Shown here one piece after another: positions 12,196-25,600 of a stretch of 64,000 bases of DNA. The notes beneath the pieces were generated by a model. It did no database searches and was not told the DNA's origin. It saw only the letters and a program-made list of their open reading frames with translations. Source of the DNA: the human T2T-CHM13v2.0 reference genome, Homo sapiens. The DNA is taken from NCBI GenBank assembly GCA_009914755.4, contig CP068257.2, positions 8,832,001 to 8,896,000 of the forward strand, given 5' to 3'. Numbering within the stretch: the stretch's first letter is position 1; every line of letters starts with the position of its first letter. Position numbers and translations under genes: made by a program.

Positions 12196-15100
12196 TCACA
12201 AAGAGAGTGTTTCAAAACTGCTCAATCAAAAGAAAGGTTCAACTCTGTGTGATGAATGCACTCATCACAAAGAAGTTTCTCTGAATGCTTCTGTGTAGTA
12301 TTAATTTGAAGATGTTTCCGTTTCCACCATAGGGCACAAAGGGATCCAAATGTCCACTTCCACATTCTACAAAAACAGAGATTCTAAACAGCTCAATCAA
12401 AAGATAGGCTCAAATCTGTGAGTTGAATGCACACATCACAAAGAAGTTTCTCAGAATGCTTCTGTGTAGTTTTTATGTGAGGAAATTTGCTTTTCCACGG
12501 TAGGCTTCAAAGCACTCCAAATATCCAATTGCAGATTCTACAAAAACAGTGTTTCCAAAGTGCTCAATAAAGGAAAGGATCAATTCTGTGAAATGAATGA
12601 ACACATCACAAAGAAGTTTCTCAGAATGCTTCTGTGTATTTTTTGTTTGAAGATATTTCCTTTTCCACCTTAGGCCACAAAGGGCTCCAAATATCCACTT
12701 GCAGATTCTTCAAAAAGAGAGATTCAAAACTGCTCAATCAAAAGATAGGTTCAACTCTGTGAGTTGAATGCACACATCACAAAGAAGTTTCTCAGAATGC
12801 TTCTGTGTAGTATTTACGTGAAGATATTTCTTTTTCACAGTAGTACTCAAAATGTTCCAAATATCCACTTGCAGATTCTATAAAAAGAGTGCTTCAAAAC
12901 TGCTCAATCATAAGATACGTTCAACCCTGTGAGATGAATGCACACATCACAGAGAAGTTTCACAGAATGCTTCTGTGTAGTTTTTATTTGAAGATATTTC
13001 CTTTTCCACCATAGGCCGCAAAGTGCTCCAAATATCCACTTGCAGATTCTACAAAAAGAGAGGTTCAAAGGTGCTCAATCAAAAGATCGGTTCAACTTTT
13101 TGAATTGACTGCAAACATCACAAAGAAGTTTCTCAGAATGCGTCTGTGTAGTTTTTATGTGAAGATATTTCTTTTTCCACAATAGGCCACAAAGCTCTCC
13201 AAATATCAATATGTAGATTCTCCAAAAAGAGAGATTCCAAACTGCTCAATCAAAAGATAGCTTCAACTCTGTGATTTGAATGCACACCTCATGAAGAAGT
13301 TTCTCAGAATGCCTCTGTGTAGTCTTTATGTGAAGATATATGCTTTTCCACAGTACCCCTCAAAGCGCTCCAAATATCCATTTGCAGATTCTGCAAAAAG
13401 AGAGATTTGAAAGTGCTCAGTTCAAAGATAGGTGCAACTCTGTGAGTTGAATGCACAGATAACAACGACATTTCCCAGAATGCTTCTGTGTAGTTTTTAT
13501 GTGAAGATATTTCCTTTTCCAAAAGAGTCCTCAAAGCTCTCCAAATATCCACTTCCAGATTCTACAAAAAGATTTTTTCAAAACTACTCAATCAAAAGAA
13601 ATTGTCAACACTGTGTGATGAATGCACTCAACACAAAGAAGTTTCCCAGAATGCTTCTGTATAGTTTTTATTTGAAGATATTTCCTTTTCTACCATATGG
13701 CACAAAGGACTCCAAATATCCAGTTGCAGATTCTACAAAAAGAGAGATTCAAAACTGCTGAATCCAAAGATAGTTTCAACTGTGTGAGTTGAATGCACAC
13801 ATAACAAAGGAGTTTCTCAGAATGCTTCTGTGTAGTTTTTAGGTGAAGATATTTGATTTTTCACAGTACGCCTCAGAGAGCTCCAAATATCCACTTGCAG
13901 ATTCTGAAAAAAGAGAGATTCAAAACTGTTCAATCAAAAGATAGGTAAAACTCTGTGAGTTGATTGCACACATCACCAGGAAGTTTCTCTGAATAGTTCT
14001 GTGTAGTTTTTATGTGAAGATATTTTCTTTTCCAAAATATACCTCAAAGCCCTCCAAATATCCACTTCCAAATTCTACCAAAAGAGTGTTTCAAAACTTC
14101 TCAATCAATAGAAAGTTCAACTCTCTGTGATGAATACACTCATCACAAAGAAGTTTCTCTGCATGCTTCTGAGTAGTTTTATTTGAAGATATTTCCTTTT
14201 CCTCCATAAGGCACTAAGGGCTCCAAATATCCACGTGCAGATTCTAACAAAAGATAAATTCAAAACTGCTCAATCAAAATATAGGTTCAACTCTGTGAGT
14301 TGAATGCACATATCACAAAGAAGTTTCTCAGAATGCTTCTGTGTAGTTTTTATTTTGAGATATTTCCTTTTCCACAATAGACCTCAAATCTCTCCAAACA
14401 TCCACTTGCAGATTCTGCAAAAAGAGAGATTCAAGACTGCTCAATGAAAAGATAACCTCGACTCTGTCATTTGAATGCACACCTCACATAGTAGTTTCTC
14501 AGAATTCTTCTGTGTAGTTTTTATGTGAAGATATTTGCTTTTCCAAAGTAGGCCTCAAAGGGCTCAAAATCTCCCCTTGCAGATTCTGCAAAAAGAGAGA
14601 TTCCAAACTGCTCAATCAAAAGATAGGTTCACCTCTGTGTGACGAATGCACTCATCACAAAGAAGTTTCCCAGAATGCTTCTGTGTAGTTTTTATGTGAA
14701 GATATATCCTTTTCCACCCTAGGGCACATAGGGCTCCGGATATCCACTTGCAGATTCTACCAAAAGGGAGATTCAAAACTGCTGAGTCAAAAGATAGGTT
14801 CAATTCTGTGAGTTGAATGCACACATAACAAAGAAGTTTCGCAGAATGCTTCTGTGTAGTATTTATGTGAAGATATTTCCTTTTGCACAATAAGACTCAA
14901 ATCTCTCCTAATATCCACTTGCAGGTTCTACAAAAAGAGTGTTTCCAAACTGCTCAATCAAAAGAAAGCTTAAACTCTGTGAGATGAATGCACACATCAC
15001 AAAGAAGTTTCTCAGAATGCTTCTGTGTAGTTTTTATATGAAGATAATTGCTTTTCCTCAGTAGGCATCAAAGCACTCAAAACATCCAATTGCAGATTCT

Positions 15101-18100
15101 ACAAAAACAGTTTCAAAACTGCTCAATCAACAGAAGGGATCAACTCTGTGAGATGAGTGCACACATCATGAAGAAGTTTCTCATATTTCCTTTTCCACAA
15201 TAGGCCTCAAAGCACTCCAAATATCCACTTGCAGATTCTACAAAGAAGTGTTTCAAAACTTCTCAATCATAAGATAGGTTCAACCCTGTGAGATGAATGC
15301 ACACATCACAAAAAGTTTCTCAGAATGCTTCTGTGTAGTTTTTACGTGAAGACATTTCCTTTTCCATAATTGACCTGAAATCGCTCCAAATATCCTCTTG
15401 CAGATCCTACAAAAAGAGTGTTTCAAAACTGCTCAATCAAAAGAAAGGTTCAACTCTGTGAGGTGAATGCACACATCACAAAGAAGTTTTTCAGAATGCT
15501 TCTGTATAGTTTTTAGGTGGAAATATCTGCTTTTCCACAGTAGGCCTCAAAGGGCTCTATGTGTCCACTTGCAAATTAAACAAAAAGAGTTTTTCAAAAC
15601 TGCTCAATCATAATATAGGTTCAACCATGTGAGATGAATGCACACATGACAAAGAAGTTCCTCAAAATGCTTTTCTGTAGTTTTCATTTGAAGATATTTC
15701 CTTTTCCACCATAGGCCAGAAAGGGCTCCAAATATCCACTTGCAGATTCTACAAAAAGAGAGATTCAAAACTGCTCAATCAAAATATAGGTTCAACTCTG
15801 TGAGTTGAATGCACACATCACAAAGAAGCTTCTCAGAATGCTTCTGTGTAGTTTTTATTTGAAGATATTTCCTTTTCCACAATAGGCCTCAAATCGCTTC
15901 AAATATCCAATTGCAGATTGTACAAAAAGAGTGTTTCGAAACTACTAAATCAAAAGAAAGTTTCAACTCTATGAGATGAATGCACACATAGCAAATAAGT
16001 CTCTCAGAATGCTTCTGTGCAGTTTTCATGTGAAGATATTTGCTTTTCCACAGTAGGCCTCCAAGCGCTCCAAATATCCACTTGCAGATTCTACAAAAAG
16101 AAAGATTCAAAACTGCTCAATCAAAAGATCGGTTCAACTCTGTGAGTTGAATGCACACATCACAAAGAAGTTTCTCAGAATGCTTCTGTGTATTTTTTAT
16201 GTGAAGATATTTCCTTTTCCACAATAGGCCTCAAAGCTCTCCAAAGGTCCACTTGCAGATTCTGCAAAAAAAGAGATTCAAAACTGCTCAATCAAAGTAT
16301 AGGTTTGACTGTGTGAGTTGAATGCACACCTCAGAAAGAAGTTTCTCAGAATGCATCTGCATAGTTTTTATTTGAAGATATGTGCTTTTGCATTGTAGGC
16401 CTCAAAGCGCTACAGATATCCACTTTCAGATCTGCAAAACGAGAGATTCAAAACTGCTGAATCAAAAGAAACGTTCAACTGTTTCTGATGAATGCACTCA
16501 TCACAAAGAAGTTTCTTTGAATGCTTCTGTGTAGTTTTTATTTGAAGATATTTTCTTTTCAATCATAGGGCAAAAAGGGCTACAAGTATCCACTTGCGGA
16601 TTATTCAAAAAAAGAGATTGAAAACTGCTCAGTCATAAGATAGGTTCAATCCTGTGTGATGAATGCACACATCACAAAGAAGTTTTTCAGAATGCTTCTG
16701 TGTAGTTTTTAGGTGAAGATACTTCCTTTTCCACAATAGGCCTGAAATCGCTCCAAATATCCACTTGTAGATTCTACAAAAAGTGTGTTTCAAAACTGCT
16801 CAATCAAAAGAAAGGTTCAACTCTGTGAGTTGAATGCACACATCACAGAGAGGTTTCTCAGAATGCTTCTGTGAAGTTTTTATATGAAGATATTTGATTT
16901 TCCACAGTTGGCCTCACAGTGCTCCAAATATCCACTTTTAGTTTCTGCAAAATGAGAGATTCAAAACTGCTCAATAAAAAGAAACGTTCAACTCTGTGTG
17001 ATGAATGCACTCATCACAAACAAGTTTCTCTGAATGCTTCTGTGTTGTTTGTATTTGAAGATATTTCCTTTTCCACCATAGGGCGCAAATGGCTCCAAAT
17101 ATCCACTTGCAGATTCTACAGAAAGAGAGATTCAAAACTGCTCAATGAAAAGATAAGTTCAACTCTGTGAGTTGTATGCACATATCACAAAGAAGTTTCT
17201 CAGAATGCTTCTGTGTAGTTTTTATGTGAAGACATTTTCTTTTCCACCATAGGCCACAAAGGGCTCCAATTATCCACTTACAAAAAGAGTGTTTCAAAAC
17301 TGCTCAATCAAAAGAAAGGTTCAACTCTGTGAGATGAATGCACACATTACAAACAAGTTTCTCAGAATGCTACTGTGTAGTTTTATATGAATATATTTGC
17401 TTTTCCATGGTAGGCCTCAAAGCGCTCCAAATATTCATTTTCAGATTCTACAAAAAGAGTGTTTCAAAACTGCTCAATCATAAGATAGGTTTAACCCTGT
17501 GTGATGAATGCACATATCACAAAGATGTTTCTCAGAATGCTTCTGTGTAGTTTTTATGTGGAGATATTTCCTTATCCACAATAGGCTGCAACGGGCTCCA
17601 AATATCCACTTGCAGATTCTACAAAAGCAGAGATTCAAAACTGCTCAATCAAAAGATAGGTTCCAATCTGTGAGTTAAATGCACACATCACTAAGAAGTT
17701 TCCCAGAATGCTTCTGTGTATTTTTTATTGGAAGATATATCCTTTTCCACAACAGGCTTCAAACTCTCCAAATATCCACTTGCAGATTCTGCAAAAAGAC
17801 TGTTTCAAAACTGCTCAATAAAAAGAAATGTTCAACTATGTGTGATCAACGCACTCATCACAAATTACTTTCTCTGAGTGCTTCTGTGTAGTTTTTATTT
17901 GAAGATATTTCCTTTTTCACCACAGGGGGCAAAGGGCTCCAAATATCCACTTGCAGATTCTATAAAAAGAGAGATTCAAAACTGCTCAATAGAAAGATAG
18001 GTTCAACTCTGTGAGTTGAATGTACACATCACAAAGAAGTTTCTCAGAATGCTTTTGTGTAGTTTTTATGTGAAGATATTTCCTATACCACAATAGGCCT

Positions 18101-21083
18101 CAAATCGCTCCAAATATTCACTTGCTGATTCTACAAAAAGAATGTTTCAAAACTGCTCAATCAAAAGAAAGGTTCACCCTTGTGAGATGAAGGCACACAT
18201 CACAAAGAAGTTTCTCAGAATGCTTCTGTGTATTTTTTATGGGAAGATATTTCCTTTCCCAAACTAGGCCTCAAATAGCTCCAAATATCCACGTGCAGAT
18301 TCTACAAAAAGAGTGTTTCAAAACTGCTCTATCAAAAGAAAGGTTCAACTCTGTGAGATGAATGCAAACAAAACAAAGAAGTTTCTGAGAATTCTTCTGT
18401 GTAGTTATATGAAGATATATCCTTTTCCACAATAGGCCTCAAAGCATTCCACATATCCACTTACAGATTCTACAAAAAGAGTGTTTCAAACTGCTCAATC
18501 CAATGAAAGGTTCAACTCTGTGAGATAAATGCACACATAACAAAGAAATTTCTCAGAATTCTTCTGTGTAGTTTCTATGGGAAGATATTACCCTTACCAC
18601 CATCGGCCACAAAGAGCTCCAAATAACCACTTGCAGCTTGTACAAAAAGAGAGTTTCAAAACTGCTCCCAAGAGATAGGTTCAAATCTGCGAGTTGAATG
18701 CACACATCACAGAGAAGTTTCTCAGAATGCTTCTGTGTAGTTTTTATTTGAAGATATTTCCTTTTCCACCATAGGCTGCAAAGGGCTCCAGATATCCACT
18801 TTCAGATTCTACAAAAGGAGAGTCTTAAAACTGCCCTATCAAAAGAGTGGTAAAACTCTATGAGATGAAGGCACACATTACAAAGAAGTTTCTCAGAATG
18901 CTTCTGTGTAGTTTTTATGTAAAGATTTTTCCTTTTCCACTATAGGCCTCAAAACATTCCAAATATCCACTTGCAGATTCTACAAAAAGTGTGTTTCAAA
19001 ACTGCTCTATCAAAAGAAAGTTTCAACTCTGTGAGATGAATGCACACATCAGAAAGAATTTTCTCAGAATGCTTCTGTCTAGTTTTTATGTAAAGATATT
19101 TCCTTTTCCACCATAGGCCTGAAAGGGCTCCAAATATCCACTTGCAGATTCTACAAAAAGAGAGTTTAAAAACTGCTCTATCAAATGAAGGGTTCAGCTC
19201 TGTGAGATGAATGCACACATCACAAAATAGTTTCTCAGAATGCTTCTGTGTAGTTTTTATGGGAAGATATTTCCTTTTCCACCTTTGGCCACAAAGGTCT
19301 CCAAATAAACACTTGCAGATTCAACAAAAAGAGTGTTTCAAAACCTCTCTATCAAAAGATAGATTCAACTCAGTGAGTTGAAGGCACACATTCACAATGA
19401 AGTTTCTCAGAATGCTTCTGTGTAGGTTTTATGTGATGATTTTTCCTTTTCCACCATAGGCCCCAAATCACTTCAAATATCCACTTGCAGATTCTACAAA
19501 AAGAGAGTTTCGAAACTGCTCTATAAAAATATTGGTTCAGCCTGTTGAGATGAAGGCACACATCACAAAGAAGTTTCTCAGAATGCTTCTGTATGCTTTT
19601 TATGTGAAGACGTTTCCTTTCCCTCCATAGGTCTCAAAGCCCTCCAAATATCTAATTGCAGATTCTACAAAAAGAATGTTTCCAAACTGCTGTATCAAAA
19701 TAAAGACTCAAGTCTGTGAGATGAATGCACACATCAAAAAGAAGTTTCTCAGAATGCTTCTGTGTAGTTTTTATGTGAAGACATTTACTTTTCCACAATA
19801 GGCCTCAAACGGCTCCAAATATCCCCTTGTAGATTATACAAAGAGAGTGGTTCCAAACTGCTGATTCAATGGAAACGTTCAACTCTGCGACATGAATGCA
19901 CACATCCCAAAGAAGTTTCTGAGAATGCTTCTGTGCAGATTTTATGTGAAGGTATTTCATTTTCCAGAACAGGGCTCAAAGTGCTACAAATATCCACTTG
20001 CAGATTCTACAAAAAGAGTGTTTCAAAACTACTCAATCAAAGTAAGTTTCAACTCTGTGAGATGAATGCACACATCACAAAGAAGTTTGTCAAAATGCTT
20101 CGACCTAGTTTTTATGTGAAGATATTTCCTTTTCCACCTTAGGCCTGCACAATGAAAAGTGCACAATGAAAAGTAAGTTTCAACTCTGTGAGATGAAAGC
20201 ACACATCACGAAAAAGTTTGTCAGAATGCTTCTGTCTACTTTTTGTTTGAAGATATTTCCTTTTCCACCTTAGGCCTAAAAGTGCTCCAAATGTCCACTT
20301 GCAGATTCTACAAAAAGAGAGTTTCAAAGCTGCTCAATGAAAAGAAAGTTTCTACTCTCTGAGATGAATGCACACATCACAAAAAAGTTTGTCAGAATGC
20401 ATCTGTCTAGTTTTTATGTAAAGATACTTCCTTTTCCACCACAGCCCCCAAAGCGCTCCAAATATCCACTTGCAGATTCTACAGAAAGAGTGTTTGAAAA
20501 CTGATCAATGAAAAGTAAGGTTCAACTCTGTACGATGAATGCACACATCACAAAGAAGTTTGTCAGAATGCTTTGGTCTAGTTTTTATATGAAGATATTT
20601 CCTTTTCCACCATAGGCCTCAAAGTGTGAAAAATGTCCATTCCAGATTCTACAGAAAGAGTGTTTCCAATCTGTTCAATGAAATGGAGGGTTCAACTCTG
20701 TGAGATGAATGCACACATCAAAAAGAAGTTTGTCAGAATGCTTCTGTCCCATTATTACATGAAAATATTTCGTTGTCCACCATAGGCCTCAAAGCGCTCC
20801 AAATGTCAACTTGCAGATTCTACAAAAAGCGTGTTTCAAAGCTGCTCAATCAAAAGGAAGTTTTAACTCTGTGAGATGATTGCACATGTCACAAAGAAGT
20901 TTGTCAGAACGCTTCTGTTTAGTTTTTATGTGAAGATATTTCCTTTTCCACCATAGTCCTCAAAGCGCTCCAAATGTCCACTTGTAGATTCTACAAAAAG
21001 AGTGTTTTAAAACTGCTCCATGAAAAGAAATGTTCAACACAGTAAGATGGAGGCATATATCGCAAAGAAGTTTGTCAGAATGT
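12196..21083 (-). repeat. Alpha satellite, divergent A-type monomers (~52), same orientation and subfamily look as 288-8330
   Basis: The orientation switches back at about 12196 ('ggaaatatcttcatat|cacaaagagagtgtttcaaaactgctc'). The motif 'ctcagaatgcttctgtgtagtttttatgtgaagatatttcc' recurs at 171-bp periodicity. Confidence 0.9.
20000..21083 (-). repeat. Sub-block of alpha monomers carrying 'gtttgtcagaatgcttctgtctag' (same subfamily as 21084-25600 but opposite strand)
   Basis: 'aagtttgtcagaatgc' replaces 'aagtttctcagaatgc' in consecutive monomers at about 20090, 20215, 20390, 20560, 20730, 20900 and 21070. It is the reverse complement of the 'gcattctgacaaacttc' signature seen across the 21084 junction. 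Confidence 0.75.
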
Positions 21084-24000
21084 TTTGAAACACCGTTTTT
21101 GTAGAATCTGCAAGTGGATATTTGGAGCACTATGAGGCCTATCGCGGAAAAGGAAATGTCTTCACATGAAAACTAGACAGAAGCATTCTGACAAACTTCT
21201 TTGTGATGTGTGCATTCATCTCACAGTGCTGAAACTTGCTTTCAATTGAGCAGTTTTGAAACACTCTTTTTGAAGTATCTGCAAGTGGACATTTGGAGCG
21301 CTTTGAGGCCCATAGTGGGAAAGGAAATATCTTCACATAAAAACCAGACAGATGCATTCTGACAATTTTCTTTGTGATATGTGCATTGATCTCACAGAGT
21401 TGAATCTTACTTTTCATTGAGCAGTTTTGAACCACTCTTTTTGTAGAATCTGCAATTGGATATTTAGAGCACTTTGAGGCCTATGATGGAAAAGGAAATA
21501 TCTTCACATAAAAACGAGACAGAAGCATTCTGACAAACTTCTTTTGATATGTGCATTCATCTCACAGAGATGAAACTTTCTTTTGATTGAGCAGCTTTTA
21601 AACATTCTTTTTGTAGAATCTGCAAGTGGACAATTTGAGCGCTTTGAGGCCTATGGTGGAAATGGAAATATCTTCATATAAAAACTAGACATAAGCATTC
21701 AGAAAAAGTTTTCTGTGATGTGTGCATTCACCTCAAAGTGCTGAACCTTACTTTCAATGGAGCAGCTTTGAAACACTCTTTTTGTAGAATTTGCAAGTGG
21801 ACATTGGAGAGCTTTGAGGCCTATGGGTGGACAAAGAAATATCTTCATATAATAACTAGACGGAAGCATTATGAGAAACTTCTTTGTGATGTGTGCATTC
21901 ATCTCACACAGAGTTGAACCTTTCTTTGGAATGAGCAGCTTTGAAACACTCTTTTTGTAGAATCTGCAAGTGGACATGTGGAGCACTTTGAGGCCCATTG
22001 TGGAAAAGGAAATATCTTCATATAAAACTAGACAGAAGCTTTCTGACAAACTTCTTTGTGATGTGTGCATTCAGCTCACAAAGTTGAACATTTCTTTTCA
22101 TTGAACAGCTTTGAAACATTCTTTTTGTTGAATCTGCAAGTGGACATTTGGAGCGATTTGTAGCCTATTGTGGAAAAGGACATATCATCAAATAAAAACT
22201 AGACATACACATTCTGACAAACTTCTTTGTGATGTGTGCATTCATCTCACAGAGTTGAATCTTTCTTTTCATTGAACAGCTTTGAAACACTCTTTTTGTA
22301 GAATCTGCAAGTGGACATTTGCTGCGCTTTGGGGCCAAAGTTGGAAAAGGAAGTATCTTCACTTAAAAACTAGACAGAAGCCTTCTGACAAACTTCTTTG
22401 TGATGTGGGCATTCACCTCACAGATTTGAACCTTGCTTTTCATTGAGCAGCTTTGAAACACTCTTTTTGTAGAATCTGCAAATGGACATTTGGAGCGATT
22501 TGCGGCCAGTGCTGGAAAGCGAAATATTTTCACAAAAAACCTGACAGAAGCATTGACAAACTTCTTTGTTATGTGTGCATTCATCTCACAGGGTTGAACT
22601 TTTCTTTTGATTGAGCAGCTTTGAAACACTCTTTTTGTAGAATCTGTAAGTGGACATTCGGTGCGCTTTGAGGTCTATGGTTGAAAAAGAAACATCTTCA
22701 CATAAAAACTAGACAGCAGCATTCTGACAAAAAACATTGTGATGTGTGCATTCATCTCACAGAGTAGAAACTTACTTTCATTGAGCAGTTTTTAAACACT
22801 CTTTTTCTAGAATCTGCAAGTGGACTTTTGGAGCCCTTTGAGGCCTATATTGGAAAAGAAAATATCTTCACATAAACACTAGACAGAAGCATTCTGACAA
22901 ACTACTTTGTGATGTGTGCATTCATCTAACACAGTTGAACTTTCTTCTGACCGAGCAGCTTTGAAACACTCTTTTTGTAGAATCTGCAAGTGGACATTTT
23001 GAGCGCTGGAGTCCAATCGTGGAAAAGGAAATATCGTCATATAAAAAGTAGACAGAATCATTCTGACAATCTTCTGTGTGAAGTCTGCATTCATCTCACA
23101 GAATAGAACCTTTCTTTTGATTGAGCAGCTTTGAAACACTCTTTATGTACAATCTGTAAGTGGACATTTGGAGCTCTTTGAGGCCTATGATGGAAAAGGA
23201 AATATCTTCACATAAAAACTAGGCAGACGTATTCTGACCAACATCTTTGTGATATGTGCATTCTTCTCACAGAGTTGAACCTTACTTTTGATTGAGCAGT
23301 TTTGACACACTCTTTTAGTAGAATCTGCAAGTGGATATTTTGAGTGCTTTGAGAGCCAATGGTGGAAAAGGAAACATCTTCACATAAAACCTACACAGAA
23401 ACATTCTGACAAAGTACTTTGTGATGTGTGCATTCATCTCACAAAGTTAAACATTTCTTTTGATTGAGCAGCTTTGAAACACTCTTTTTGTAGAATCTGC
23501 AAGGGGACATTTGGAGCGCTTTGAAGCCAATGTTGTAAAAGAAAATATCTACACATAAAAGCTAGACAGAAGCTTTCTGAAAAACTTCTTTTTGATGTGT
23601 GCATTCATCTCACAGAGTTGAACCTCTCTTTTGATTGAGGAGCTTTGAAACACTCTTTTTGTACAATCTGCAAGGACCATTTGGAGCACTTTGACGGCTA
23701 TGGTGGAAAAGGACTATCTTCACTTAAAAACTAGACAGAAGCATTATGACAAACTTCTTTTTGATACGTGCATTCATATCACAGAGTTGAACTTTCTTTT
23801 AATTGAGCAGTTTTCAAACACTCCTTGTGTAGAATCTGCAAGTGGACATTTGGAGCCCTTTGGGGCCTATGGTGGAAAAGGAAATATTTTCACATAAAAA
23901 CTAGACAGAGGCATTCTAATAAACTTCTTTTTGATGTGTGCATTCATATCACAGAGTTGAACATTACTTTTGATTGAGCAGTTTGGAAAATTTCTTTTTG

Positions 24001-25600
24001 TAGAATCTGCAAGTGGACATTTGGAGCACTTTGAGCCCTATGATAGAAAAGGAAATATGTTCACATAACTAGACAGAAGCATTCTGACAACCTTCTTTGT
24101 GATGTGTGCATTCATCTAACAGAGATGAACCTTACTTTTCATTGAGAAGTTTTGAGACACACTTTTTGTAAAATCTGCAAGTGGACATTGGGAGCATTTT
24201 GCGACCAATGGTGGAAAAGGAAAATCTTCACATAAAAACTAGACAGAAGCATTCTGTTAAACTTCTTTGTGATGTGTGCATTCGCCTCCCAGAGTGGAAC
24301 CTTACTTTTCACTGAGCAGTTTTCGAACACTCTTTTTGTGGAATCTGCATACGGATATTTAGTGCTCTTTGAGGCCTATGATGAAAAAGGAAATATCTTC
24401 ACATAAAAACCGGACAGAAGCATTCTGACACACTTCTTGGTGATGGGTGCATTCAGCTCACAGGGTTGAACCTTTCTTTTGATTGAGCAGCTTTGAAACA
24501 CTTTTTTTTTTTTTAGAATCGGCAAGTGGATATTTGGAGCGGTTTGAGGCCTATGGTGGAAAAGGAAATATCTTCACATAAAAACTGGACAGAAGCATTC
24601 TCACAAACTGCTTTGTGATGTGTGCATTCATCTCACAAAGTTGAAACTTTCTTTTGATTGAGCAGCTTTGAAACACTCTTTGTAGAGTCTGCAAGTGGAC
24701 ATTTGGAGCACTTTGAGGCCTACAGTGGAAAAGGAAATACCTTCACATAAAAATTAGACAGAAGGATTCTGAGAAACTTCTTTGTGATGTGTGCATTCAT
24801 CTCACAGAGTTGAACCTTACTTTTCATTGAGCAGTTTTGAAACACTCTTTTTGTAGAATCTGCAAGTGGACATTTGGAGAACTTTGAGGCCTGTGGTGTA
24901 AAAGGAAATATCTTCACATAAAAACTAGACAGAAGCATTCTGACAAACGTCTTTGTGATGTGTGCTTTCATCTCACAGAGTTGAACATTTCTTTTGATTT
25001 AGCAGCTTTGAAACACTCTTTTTGTAGAATCTGCTGTTGGACATTTGCGGCACTTCAAGCCAATGGTAGAAAAGGAAATACCTTCACATAGAAAGTAGAT
25101 AGAGCCAGTCTTACAAACTTCTTTGTGATGTGTGCATTCATCTCACAGTATTGAACCTTTCTTTTGATTGAGCAGCTTTGAAACCCTCTTTTTGCAGAAT
25201 CTGCAAGTGGACATTTGGAGCGCCTTGTGGACTATTGTAGAATAAGGAATATCTTCACATAAAAACTAGACAGGAGCATTCTGACAAACTTCTTAGTGAT
25301 ATGTGCATTCATCTTGCATCATTGAACCTCCCCTTTGATGGAGTAGTTCTGAAACTGTCTTTTTGTAGAATCTGCATGTGGAGATTTTGAGAGCTTTTAG
25401 GCCTATGTTGCAAAAGGAAATATCTTCATATAGAAACTAGACAGAAGCATTCTGACAACCTTCTTTCTGACATGTGCATTCATCTCACAGAGTTGAACTT
25501 TCCTTTTTATGGACCAGTTTTGAAATACTCTTTTTGTAGAATGTGTAAGTGGACATTTAGAGCATCTCGAGGCCTATGGTGGAAAATGAAATATCTTCAC
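21084..25600 (+). repeat. Alpha satellite, consensus orientation, 'agaagcattctgacaaacttctttgtgatgtgtgcattcatctcacag' subfamily
   Basis: The strand switch lies at about 21083/21084 ('aagtttgtcagaatg|ttttgaaacaccgtttttgtagaatctgcaagtgg'). 'cattctgacaaac' recurs every ~171 bp up to about 25440. Confidence 0.85.

Noticed and set aside
20900-21270. A perfect palindrome or cruciform at the 21084 strand switch
   Set aside because: The two arms meet about 80 bp out of monomer register ('cagaatg|ttttgaaacac'), so the junction is not a true mirror repeat. The finding is kept as an inversion breakpoint only.
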